Shown piece by piece: positions 1 through 8,611 of a DNA stretch of 64,000 bases. The notes under the pieces are model-generated. The model saw nothing but the letters and a program-made list of their open reading frames with translations, was not told the origin of the DNA and did no database searches. The position numbers and the translations under genes were made by a program. Source of the DNA: a virus (taxonomy: Duplodnaviria; Caudoviricetes); the IMG/VR virus record IMGVR_UViG_3300029288_000060, positions 160,001 to 224,000 of that record. The stretch is one strand, 5' to 3'. Each line of letters opens with the position of its first letter. The first letter of the stretch is position 1.

Positions 1-1167
1 TGTAAACTTAGTTGAAGCACGTTTACCATTAATTGGTCCAGTTTTTATTTTTTTGGAATCTAATTTCCTTCGATAATCATTAAAAAACTCTAAAAGAGAT
101 TTTAAATCTTCTGGATTTTGATTAAAATATTTATCCAGCTCCATTTTAATTTTTGGCATAAGATTATTAAATGTATCTTTTCTACTAATTAACTTACATT
201 TATTTTGAGCTGAATAATCTGGCTTTTCCAGTTCTAAAGAAAAATATATTCTTAATCCAGATAAACTATCCCCAGGTTGAAATTTAAAATCAGTTTTTTT
301 AGTTTTATTAATAAAATAATCTTTAAGGATATCATAAAAACAGTTAACATGTGTCCCACCATCATCCACCGGTAAAAGATTAATAGATGAAATAATTCTT
401 GGAGTTATAGAACCATCGAAGGAATAACAAAATCTAACATTGAATTTTTCAAAATTATCTTTTGTGTTAATATCAATAATTTTAGAAAGCTCACTATCTC
501 CATTTAAACAATATTTTTTAAAAAATTCATCTTTTGTTAACTTAATAACTTCTCTTTTATCATCAACATTTAATACTAGTGTTGTATCTGGAATCTCAAC
601 AGATGCTATTAATAATCTTTTTCGTACTCTATCAATATCTGGAATTATTGATTCGAAAAATTTTCTGCTTGGTTTAAACATTATTTTTGTTGAAAATGGT
701 GGATCTCCATTAAAATCTTCAATTTCTTTTTGTTTTAATTTAGTATCTTCAAATATATATTTGGCATGCTTTTTATCTCTATATATTTCAATAATATAGA
801 AATCTGATAAAGCTAATATTGTGATTAACCCTATTCCATTTTTTCCTGCAACAATTTTATAAGCAGTTTTTGATGAATTGAATTTTGCGCCTGTATGTAA
901 TTTAGAAGAAATTAATATAGGGATATCATTTTCTAATGGTATTCCTCTCCCATTATCCATCACACTGCATATATTAGTTTTTGTATCAATGTTAACAGCA
1001 ATAATTTTTGCATATCCAGAAATTGCTTCATCAAGAGCATTATCAAGAGCTTCCTCAATTAAATGAACAGGATTGGATGTTATTCCTATATACATTCCTG
1101 TAGATTCTTGAACATGTTCAATATCAGTTAGAGTTTTAATATCTTTATGTGTATAAGTCTTTGTCAA
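1..1167 (-). CDS. Type II topoisomerase B/ATPase subunit (GyrB/ParE-like), N-terminal part; runs off the left edge
   Basis: Absent from the ORF track; translated by hand. TTG at 1167 with AGGAGG RBS. MTKTYTHKDIKTLTDIEHVQESTGMYIG..HLIEEALDNALDEA..DNGRGIP..LHTGAKF..GKNGIG..GGTHV are the GHKL/GyrB motifs. Confidence 0.92.
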   Translation of the reverse strand, partial: MTKTYTHKDIKTLTDIEHVQESTGMYIGITSNPVHLIEEALDNALDEAISGYAKIIAVNIDTKTNICSVMDNGRGIPLENDIPILISSKLHTGAKFNSSKTAYKIVAGKNGIGLITILALSDFYIIEIYRDKKHAKYIFEDTKLKQKEIEDFNGDPPFSTKIMFKPSRKFFESIIPDIDRVRKRLLIASVEIPDTTLVLNVDDKREVIKLTKDEFFKKYCLNGDSELSKIIDINTKDNFEKFNVRFCYSFDGSITPRIISSINLLPVDDGGTHVNCFYDILKDYFINKTKKTDFKFQPGDSLSGLRIYFSLELEKPDYSAQNKCKLISRKDTFNNLMPKIKMELDKYFNQNPEDLKSLLEFFNDYRRKLDSKKIKTGPINGKRASTKFT

Positions 1168-1187
1168 TGTATTGTAATCCTCCTAAT

Positions 1188-1775
1188 TTATTTAGAGTAA
1201 TCTATAAACGTCCATAAATCATTTCTTCTAACTATTTTCCCAACTTTATTTTCATTTATTTCTAAATCATATATGGTCGAATATTGTCCCATAGGATCTC
1301 CAGTATCCCAGCCGTCTCCCATGATTTTAGAAGGATGTTGAGCAAAAGAAAATTCTAAATCACCTTCTACTTCTTTGAATGCCTCTTTAAAAATTTCAAT
1401 AATTTTATCTATATAAAAATAACCGGGAGACTCAGTTAATATGTCTGATAATAAAGAAATAGAACAAAATAATTCATTAACAATTCCTTCTACATCAGCT
1501 AATGAATAACTAGAAATTTCCATTCCAAAATCAAGATAACCATTATTTTCATCATTTGAGTAATTACTAACAATTTTTGCTTTTAAAAAACATGCATTAT
1601 CAAAATTAGAAATTTTAGAAGGCTTTTCAATAGAGAATTTTTCATCAATATTATTTATAATTTTCTCTAAACATATTTCATTTTTTAAATTATGAGGTTT
1701 TAAGGAACAATTATATTGTAAAATAAAACTTGTACTAGAACTATTTGTTACAAAATCAGTTTTGATTTTCATCAA
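1188..1775 (-). CDS. Hypothetical protein with N-terminal MKIxxDFVTNSSSxSF motif
   Basis: N-terminus MKIKTDFVTNSSSTSFIL matches a widespread uncharacterised motif; overlaps the upstream ORF stop. Confidence 0.7.
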   Translation of the reverse strand: MMKIKTDFVTNSSSTSFILQYNCSLKPHNLKNEICLEKIINNIDEKFSIEKPSKISNFDNACFLKAKIVSNYSNDENNGYLDFGMEISSYSLADVEGIVNELFCSISLLSDILTESPGYFYIDKIIEIFKEAFKEVEGDLEFSFAQHPSKIMGDGWDTGDPMGQYSTIYDLEINENKVGKIVRRNDLWTFIDYSK

Positions 1776-2074
1776 TAATTCCTTTTTATTATTTTTATTC
1801 CTCTAAGAGATCGCTTAATTTGTTCTTTATTTTTTACAATTAATTCTATAAATTCAGGTATAACATTTTCATTATTTTCAAATAATTCAGTCAATTTTTG
1901 TTTTAAAATACTTTCCTGCTCTGCATTTTTTTCTGCAATTTTCCTGTCTCTTTCAATCATTCTTGCTCTCATTGTGTTATTTCTCATATGATTTATTGCT
2001 TCTCTACTTGAATGAAATTTATATCCATCAGGTGTTGTATAAAATTTATTTATACCAAATTCATATAATGTCAT
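1772..2074 (-). CDS. Hypothetical protein
   Basis: 100-aa ORF overlapping both neighbours; AAAGGAG RBS. Confidence 0.7.
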   Translation of the reverse strand: MTLYEFGINKFYTTPDGYKFHSSREAINHMRNNTMRARMIERDRKIAEKNAEQESILKQKLTELFENNENVIPEFIELIVKNKEQIKRSLRGIKIIKRNY

Positions 2075-3074
2075 TTTTATCTCCTTTATTTAAAAAAGCC
2101 TTTAATTCTTTATTTGTCACAGTCGCAGTTCCTAATTTTGAAACAACAATTCCGGCAGCAAGATTGGATATTTCTGCAGCCTCTAAAAAAGTAGAATCAG
2201 TTGCAAGACACAATGAAAAAGTTGCAATTACTGTATCCCCAGCACCACTAACGTCAGACACATCTACCACTCTTGCTGGAAAATATGTATGAATTATTTC
2301 TTTATTCTTCCTTTCAAAGAGACTCATTCCTAATTCGCCTCTTGTGATTAATATAGATCTAAAATTCATTCTTGATAATAGTATTTTGCCTATTTTTACT
2401 ATATCTGTTTTTTCTCCAAAATTTAAACCACACTTTTCTGCTTCATAATGATTTGGTGTAATAACGTCTACACCATTATAAAATGATAAATCTATACGTT
2501 TTGGGTCTGCACAAACTATAATATTTGTTTTTAAAGTTATTTTTATTATTCCTTCTATTAAACTTTTTGTTATTGTACCTTTTCCATAATCAGAAATTAT
2601 AATAACATCAATTTCTTCTTTTTTTGACTGAATATATTGTAGAATTTTTTTAGTAATTTTTGGAATTACATTTTTTTTAGTTTCTTGGTCAAATCTTGCA
2701 ACTTGTTGGTTATGTGAAATAATTCTTGTTTTTAATGTGGTTTGTCTAGTATCATCAACTATAATCCCATCTGTATTAATTTTTCTCCTTTCAAATTCTT
2801 GAAAAATTACTTTTGATATATCATCTTTTCCAACAAGACCAGTTGCGTATACTTTACCACCCAACTCAAAAATATTATTGATTACATTTCCGCTTCCACC
2901 TAAAAAAATTTTACTATTTTGAACATCCACAATAGGTACAGGGGCTTCAGGTGAAATTCTAGATGTTACTCCATAGATATAATGATCAACCATTAAATCA
3001 CCCACAACAAGAATGGATGTATTTGAAAAGTTGTCAATAATGGTTAGTGCTCTATTAATATCTATGATTTTCAT
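2061..3074 (-). CDS. rfaE1: D-glycero-beta-D-manno-heptose-7-phosphate kinase (RfaE/HldE domain I, standalone)
   Basis: VVGDLMVDHYIYGVTSRISPEAPVPIV, GGSGNV, TLKTRI, ISDYGKG, ITPNHYEA, DVSGAGDTV: ribokinase-family HldE kinase signatures. Confidence 0.92.
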   Translation of the reverse strand: MKIIDINRALTIIDNFSNTSILVVGDLMVDHYIYGVTSRISPEAPVPIVDVQNSKIFLGGSGNVINNIFELGGKVYATGLVGKDDISKVIFQEFERRKINTDGIIVDDTRQTTLKTRIISHNQQVARFDQETKKNVIPKITKKILQYIQSKKEEIDVIIISDYGKGTITKSLIEGIIKITLKTNIIVCADPKRIDLSFYNGVDVITPNHYEAEKCGLNFGEKTDIVKIGKILLSRMNFRSILITRGELGMSLFERKNKEIIHTYFPARVVDVSDVSGAGDTVIATFSLCLATDSTFLEAAEISNLAAGIVVSKLGTATVTNKELKAFLNKGDKNDII

Positions 3075-3105
3075 TTTTTACTTTGCTATCCTTTCAAATT
3101 TTTTA

Positions 3106-3180
3106 TCGGGATGGTTGGATTTGAACCAACAACTTCATGATCCCAGGTCATGATCTCTATCCAAATTGAGTTACACCCCG
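3106..3180 (-). tRNA. tRNA-Pro(UGG), CCA not encoded
   Basis: Reverse complement folds as a cloverleaf: acceptor CGGGGTG/CATCCCG, anticodon stem CATGA/TCATG with loop CCTGGGA, T arm GTTGG-TTCAAAT-CCAAC, discriminator A. Confidence 0.88.
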
Positions 3181-3187
3181 AATTTGT

Positions 3188-4453
3188 TTATTTTGGTATT
3201 CTGACTATGTAACCTGTTCTATCAATATTTTTACTTATTCCATTATTTGTTAATACATAAATTATTTTTTTTGGCAATAACATTCTGTTTTCTTGGTTTA
3301 AATCGTCACAATACCCATCTGTAAATACTAATGTTACATCCGTGTTTAGCTCTCTACATCTAATAAGAGCTGGAAGTAATATAGTTCCGCCCCTACCTTT
3401 TATATCAAATTGAATATCTTTTATTTTTTTAACTTTATATTCTTTTTGAATTTTAGCGTCTGATTCAAGAACTGTAGTTAAGCAATCTTTATCATTCTCA
3501 ATTATGTTTTTAATTCCTGAAAGACCCTCCATGATATCTTTAATGTTCATACTTCCCGAGGTATCTAATACTATAGAAATATTAAATGAATAATCTTTAG
3601 TCTTACCTGGAAAAGGTGAAATAATTGGTACATTTTTATCTTTAATAAAAAATGAATATATTCTTTTTTTATTAATTCTTGTATAAGCTCTCTTTTGTTT
3701 TGATAATCTGCTTCCTTTAACTAATTTTTTAATTATATCATAATAAGGAAGTTGGGGAGGATTTAACAGTTCATTAATTTTATCTGTAATATATGATGGG
3801 ATATTTCCTTTGTTTCTTACATTGTTATATGATTCTTCTAGAGCTTGTTCTGTATATTGTTCTAATCTACTTGCTAACGAACCAATATCAGAAACTTTTG
3901 AAATGTTTTTTTGCCAGGAATCATGATCATCTATATTACAAACCTCATTTTGTTGATTTTTCCCTTCTTCTTCTTTATCATCTGGAATATTCTGATTGTA
4001 AAAATCAGCAGTTTTCTTTAAAGGTAATTTATACATATCAGGATGAATAATTCGAACCTGCGTGGTTCCTAATGTATATGTTTTATTTATTTTAATAATA
4101 GAATTAACTGCACAGTCAGAAGCTAAATTCCATCTTTTTATTTTTTTACTTTTTTGCTCAAGATTTACTTCATCTGAAATTATTCTTAATAATCTTGGAA
4201 TATGATTATTTAAAAGATGTGTTCCTTCGTGCTCAATTGCTATTTTTAAAAAATCATCATCCATCAAATCAATAAATTGTGGGTTATATAAAAGAATTAT
4301 TGAACCATCTATTTCTGCACCAACACCCATAGGACATGACAATGTAGTATCTCTAGCTCTATTAATTCTAGAAAATAAATAACCCCAATAATCATCTTTA
4401 AAAATATATTCTGTTATTAAGTTTTTAATTCTCTCAGATGGTTCTGTTTTCAT
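3188..4453 (-). CDS. DUF2201-type metallopeptidase + VWA domain protein
   Basis: HEGTHLLNNH (HExxH), WNLASDCAVN, MIDAS DTSGSM, GRGGT, VFTDGY; directly downstream of an AAA ATPase. Confidence 0.85.
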   Translation of the reverse strand: MKTEPSERIKNLITEYIFKDDYWGYLFSRINRARDTTLSCPMGVGAEIDGSIILLYNPQFIDLMDDDFLKIAIEHEGTHLLNNHIPRLLRIISDEVNLEQKSKKIKRWNLASDCAVNSIIKINKTYTLGTTQVRIIHPDMYKLPLKKTADFYNQNIPDDKEEEGKNQQNEVCNIDDHDSWQKNISKVSDIGSLASRLEQYTEQALEESYNNVRNKGNIPSYITDKINELLNPPQLPYYDIIKKLVKGSRLSKQKRAYTRINKKRIYSFFIKDKNVPIISPFPGKTKDYSFNISIVLDTSGSMNIKDIMEGLSGIKNIIENDKDCLTTVLESDAKIQKEYKVKKIKDIQFDIKGRGGTILLPALIRCRELNTDVTLVFTDGYCDDLNQENRMLLPKKIIYVLTNNGISKNIDRTGYIVRIPK

Positions 4454-5697
4454 TGTTGATTAACCCTACGATTTATTGAAATCATAGACTCATAAAAATT
4501 TGTTTTATATTCTGGAAATTTTGCTACCAATGAAACATGTATACCAGTAACATATTTAAATTCCTCAGATTTTACATCAAACGTATGTAATCTAGATAAA
4601 AAAGTTACGCCAATATCAGATGGAATATCTGTTAAAAATAATGAAATATTTTTTAATTCAACATCTCCATATTTTGGTTTTGAAGTTGTTAAAAAGGTTA
4701 CAAAAGATTCAACTAATTGACCCATTTTAATATTATCAGAATTTTTAGCAAAATTAAGAATATCATTTCTTACTTTATCATAATTATAAAAAACATCTTT
4801 TGGACTGATATCTTTTCTATCTCTAATAAAACTAATAAACATTCTGGTCATTGATTGATTTAATAGACCAGAAAATAAAGTATTTAAAATATCCAAATTT
4901 TTAAGAATACCGTCATCTTTATCATAACCCCAAAGAATATTTGAAACTCTTTCATAGCTGGCTGGATTTGCGTATATCATACCTATTTTTTGAGCGTTAA
5001 AATCATAAAGGTAGTCTGGATGTATTTGTATAAATTCAATTACTAATGGATGAAAATTAGATTTAATACCATGATCTAAAAATGCTTTTACATTTACTTC
5101 TGAATATAAATGTAGAACTCTTCTTAACCCAGCTGCGTCTTCAATCATATTTAAAGAATATTCTTGATCTTCTGGATTATCTAAACAAAGTACAAACCAC
5201 CCTTTCGGAAGTTCTTTTGTATGTATTCTACATTCATTTTGAACCGCCCATAATAATTGTTGTAATGATGAATCGCCTCTTGATAATTCATCTATAATAA
5301 ATAAACCATAAGAATCATTATCTAAAGGTACAAAGTCAGAATATAACATTTTAAATTTTGAATTACCATTATCAATAACAGGAAAAGGACATAAAAAATC
5401 ATCTCTTGATAAAACTGGAGCTTTAATTAAAATATGTTTAAAATCAATACCTGTCTCTTCACTTAATTCTTTACATATTTGCAATGAAATTTGAGTCTTG
5501 CCTATTCCAGCAGGTGATACTATACGAAAAGTCTGCTTTTCTATATCTAACCCATTTCTCCAGCATTGAATTGTATTTTTAATGTTTGTTTTAACTATCT
5601 CTTTGATATTATCAATTGAAACTGGAATAATTCCTAATTTTTGATAATATTTTTTCTCTTCTCTTTTATCACCATTCGCCATAAATTCACCCTTCAC
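4450..5697 (-). CDS. MoxR/AAA+ ATPase (partner of the VWA protein)
   Basis: Walker A PAGIGKT, Walker B LFIIDELSR, LPKGWFVLCLDNP, AGLRR. Confidence 0.85.
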   Translation of the reverse strand: MKGEFMANGDKREEKKYYQKLGIIPVSIDNIKEIVKTNIKNTIQCWRNGLDIEKQTFRIVSPAGIGKTQISLQICKELSEETGIDFKHILIKAPVLSRDDFLCPFPVIDNGNSKFKMLYSDFVPLDNDSYGLFIIDELSRGDSSLQQLLWAVQNECRIHTKELPKGWFVLCLDNPEDQEYSLNMIEDAAGLRRVLHLYSEVNVKAFLDHGIKSNFHPLVIEFIQIHPDYLYDFNAQKIGMIYANPASYERVSNILWGYDKDDGILKNLDILNTLFSGLLNQSMTRMFISFIRDRKDISPKDVFYNYDKVRNDILNFAKNSDNIKMGQLVESFVTFLTTSKPKYGDVELKNISLFLTDIPSDIGVTFLSRLHTFDVKSEEFKYVTGIHVSLVAKFPEYKTNFYESMISINRRVNQQ

Positions 5698-5709
5698 ACT
5701 ATTTATTTT

Positions 5710-5742
5710 GGGATTGTATATATAAATATTATATACAATCCC
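5710..5742. terminator. 13-bp inverted repeat, probable terminator or processing hairpin
   Basis: GGGATTGTATATA-7 nt-TATATACAATCCC in an intergenic gap. Confidence 0.5.
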
Positions 5743-5763
5743 TTCAATACTTATTCTATTTCT

Positions 5764-6669
5764 TTAAAATTCTACGTCCTCAAGTGAAAATTCATTTTGT
5801 TTTACATTATTTACAGATTGTTCAGGAGCAGAATTATTAAAATCAAACTTTTGACTTTCTTGAACAGGGTGCGAAGAGTAATCAGAGTTACCTGTTTTGG
5901 ACCAGTCAAATTTTTCTTTAAATTTACCCAATGTTTCTTTACTTTTATTAAGAACTGATTTTACTGTATCATTTGAAAGTGGCGCACCTGTCGTATTCAT
6001 CTCAAAAACATCTTTTAAACCATAATTCGTTGATTGTTTTGCAACAGTCACTTTGGTTATATATCTTTTATTATTAACATGAGCTCTTTCAAATTTCTTG
6101 CTTTCATCAGTTACTGGAGTGACAATTGGTTCAAAATCATCTTTTTTAGCTAAATCAGATAGATAATTTGCAACGTTACCATATTTTACTCCCTTTGCCC
6201 TAATAAAAACAAACGAAGGTTTTCCATTAACCATAAATGGTTTTCCTGTTGCTTCATCAATATATATACCACTAATAATAAGTTGCGACCTACAATCCTT
6301 ACAATATGGATCAGCTGCACGTTCAGTTGAATTTTTCCCGCACGTATGTCCGCTCGTTCCTTTCCAAGGCGGTGTTCCTGCCTGATAAGAAAAACACTCC
6401 ATCCTTTCCCTATTATTATCACCTCTTACGGATTTAACTAAAACTGATTTTACATTAACAATTATCATGTTAATTTCATCCAAGTTACTTCTAAGGCCTC
6501 TGATTTGAAGTTTTCCTGGCATTTCAGTCTCACCAATATGATTCTGCCTTTGTTGTCCAGAAATATAAATTGCATGAAAAAATTCATCCTCTGGTGCTAC
6601 TGGAGCTTTTACATCAAACCCACTTTCATTTGCCAATTCAGAATAATCTGAAAAATCAATACCTGACAT
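5764..6669 (-). CDS. Putative single-stranded DNA-binding protein
   Basis: 301 aa, Cys cluster (C..C..CKDC), acidic/aromatic C-terminal tail FSLEDVEF typical of phage SSBs. The function is inferred. Confidence 0.45.
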   Translation of the reverse strand: MSGIDFSDYSELANESGFDVKAPVAPEDEFFHAIYISGQQRQNHIGETEMPGKLQIRGLRSNLDEINMIIVNVKSVLVKSVRGDNNRERMECFSYQAGTPPWKGTSGHTCGKNSTERAADPYCKDCRSQLIISGIYIDEATGKPFMVNGKPSFVFIRAKGVKYGNVANYLSDLAKKDDFEPIVTPVTDESKKFERAHVNNKRYITKVTVAKQSTNYGLKDVFEMNTTGAPLSNDTVKSVLNKSKETLGKFKEKFDWSKTGNSDYSSHPVQESQKFDFNNSAPEQSVNNVKQNEFSLEDVEF

Positions 6670-6727
6670 TTTTAATCTCCTTTTTAAGTAGTTTTTTAAG
6701 CATTATACAAAATAAGAAAAATATTTC

Positions 6728-7321
6728 TTAATGATTAGGAATCAAACACCAGTTAGATGAATTTCTATCTTCCGGCAACGTTACAATTGAAAAATTGTCA
6801 TCAAACCAACATTTCATATATGAATCTAATAAATCATTTGAACTAAAACTAATAATATTTTTATATTCTTTCATGGTTGTTGATAAATTAGGATCATCAA
6901 TTGTTATCGGACTTACTTTTCTCACATTAGAATCGGTATATTCCTCTCCTAAAATTTTTATTAATTTCGGGTGAGGACAATACACAATTACTAACCTATT
7001 ATCATCAACTTTTCTAAAAATTTCATTTTTATAGAAAAAAGTTTTTGTATCCAAATCATATGCTACATTTTCTCCATTTAATACTCTATTAATCGAGGTA
7101 TGCTGTCTACATGTATCATGTTTATTTTTTTTACGTTTACATAATTCACAATCAGTATTATCAACTAGAAATTTATATCCTCTTAATTCAAAATCACTAT
7201 TAGTTGCATAATTAAAATAAGATAGTATTTTTCTTTTATTCAGTAAAAATTTAATAAATGTGATAGGATATACCTCAACTCCTAGTTTCTCTACAAATTT
7301 TTCTGTTGATATTTGTTTCAT
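6728..7321 (-). CDS. Hypothetical protein with possible Zn-binding CxxC..CxxH motif
   Basis: Start moved to ATG 7321 (AAGGAG RBS); the ORF-track start lies inside an upstream hairpin. Confidence 0.7.
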   Translation of the reverse strand: MKQISTEKFVEKLGVEVYPITFIKFLLNKRKILSYFNYATNSDFELRGYKFLVDNTDCELCKRKKNKHDTCRQHTSINRVLNGENVAYDLDTKTFFYKNEIFRKVDDNRLVIVYCPHPKLIKILGEEYTDSNVRKVSPITIDDPNLSTTMKEYKNIISFSSNDLLDSYMKCWFDDNFSIVTLPEDRNSSNWCLIPNH

Positions 7322-7372
7322 TTTAATCTCCTTAATTGTATTAACAACAAAAACTTTCATAAAATATACTTT

Positions 7373-7432
7373 CCGCATGATGCATTGCTAATCTAGAATT
7401 TTTAATTCATGAATTAGCAATGCATCATGCGG
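7373..7432. repeat. 20-bp perfect inverted repeat
   Basis: CCGCATGATGCATTGCTAAT (7373-7392) / ATTAGCAATGCATCATGCGG (7413-7432). Confidence 0.9.
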
Positions 7433-7471
7433 CGCTATTCTTTTTAATAAGACTAATATATAATTTTATAA

Positions 7472-7687
7472 TTATTCTTTTTCTTTTTCCTGCGGTGTTA
7501 TATCTAATAACGTTGCAAGTGCTAAAATCTTTTCCGGTGGTAAATCCTTTCTCAATTTTTCTTCTATTTTTCTTCTTATTTTTTTAGTTTTTTCATCATG
7601 AACATTTTCAATGATATTATTCACCTCCTTTTTTAACAAAAATAATTTCAACGGATTAAAAGAAATACTAATAAATCTTTTAATCAA
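7472..7687 (-). CDS. Hypothetical small protein
   Basis: 71 aa, TTG start with AAGGTGAG upstream; preceded by the CTACATATATTAAT motif. Confidence 0.55.
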   Translation of the reverse strand: MIKRFISISFNPLKLFLLKKEVNNIIENVHDEKTKKIRRKIEEKLRKDLPPEKILALATLLDITPQEKEKE

Positions 7688-7710
7688 CTCACCTTAGTTT
7701 TATTTCAATA

Positions 7711-7724
7711 ATTAATATATGTAG
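7711..7724 (-). promoter_or_regulatory. Putative phage promoter motif A (CTACATATATTAAT)
   Basis: Identical copy at 58255-58268 and a 1-mismatch copy at 18610-18623; all intergenic and upstream of - strand genes. Confidence 0.55.
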
Positions 7725-7746
7725 GTCTTTATTTTTAAATGAATTT

Positions 7747-8013
7747 TTATTTATTTCCTGTGGGTTCTACTATTACAGGTCTATTATAATCTAGCAAATC
7801 AAAAATTAAGTTTGCAGTTGGAAAACTGTTAGATGTATTTCTAATAATATCTTTTGTATGTATTGGCATATACTGATCTGTGTAGTAAACTTGAAAACCG
7901 CCTTTAAATGTAAACACAACACCATCATGACTTTGTTCTGCGGTAATCAAATTAGATCTGTCTGTTTTGATTAACTCCATTGTTCCTTTTTTAATAACAA
8001 TAGTATCTTTCAT
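7747..8013 (-). CDS. Hypothetical protein
   Basis: 88 aa, GAAGGAG RBS. Confidence 0.7.
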   Translation of the reverse strand: MKDTIVIKKGTMELIKTDRSNLITAEQSHDGVVFTFKGGFQVYYTDQYMPIHTKDIIRNTSNSFPTANLIFDLLDYNRPVIVEPTGNK

Positions 8014-8014
8014 T

Positions 8015-8611
8015 TTACAATTCTCCTTCTAAAGATTTTAATACAATCAACATTTTATCTTTTTCTAACTTACTTTTTAAAAAAGTAATTAACCCTTCTT
8101 TAGTATTTGTTCTAAGAAAAATAGAAATTAACTCATTATTTTCATTTTTAATTAAATTGTTAATCATTATATTAATTTTATCAAAGTTTAATAATAGAAA
8201 CTTATCTACATCCTTTTTTAATAGATCAAAATCTAAACCTGTTATAATCTTTGCAATAATACCTATATATTCATATTCTAAAAATTCAATAAACTTTAAA
8301 AAATTATTGATATCTTCAATGTTATCAAAAGTTAAACTGGGTGTAAACTCAAAATTATATATTTCAGTTACTTTATCATTTAACTTTTGACATAATTCTC
8401 TCTGTCTTTCAAAATCAAGAGAATTTATTTCATTGATTAAATTTAAAAATATAAACTTAAATTCTTCCGTCCCTAAATGATTAATAATATCTATAAAATC
8501 AGCATCAATTTCTGCTTCCGGAATCATATAATCTAAATTAGATTCTTCTTCGTCATCAACTTCATCTAACGGAATTGATGTCCCTATTAAAATCTTTTCA
8601 TAATCAGACAT
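8015..8611 (-). CDS. Hypothetical acidic protein directly downstream of RNAP beta
   Basis: 198 aa, abuts the beta stop codon. Confidence 0.75.
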   Translation of the reverse strand: MSDYEKILIGTSIPLDEVDDEEESNLDYMIPEAEIDADFIDIINHLGTEEFKFIFLNLINEINSLDFERQRELCQKLNDKVTEIYNFEFTPSLTFDNIEDINNFLKFIEFLEYEYIGIIAKIITGLDFDLLKKDVDKFLLLNFDKINIMINNLIKNENNELISIFLRTNTKEGLITFLKSKLEKDKMLIVLKSLEGEL

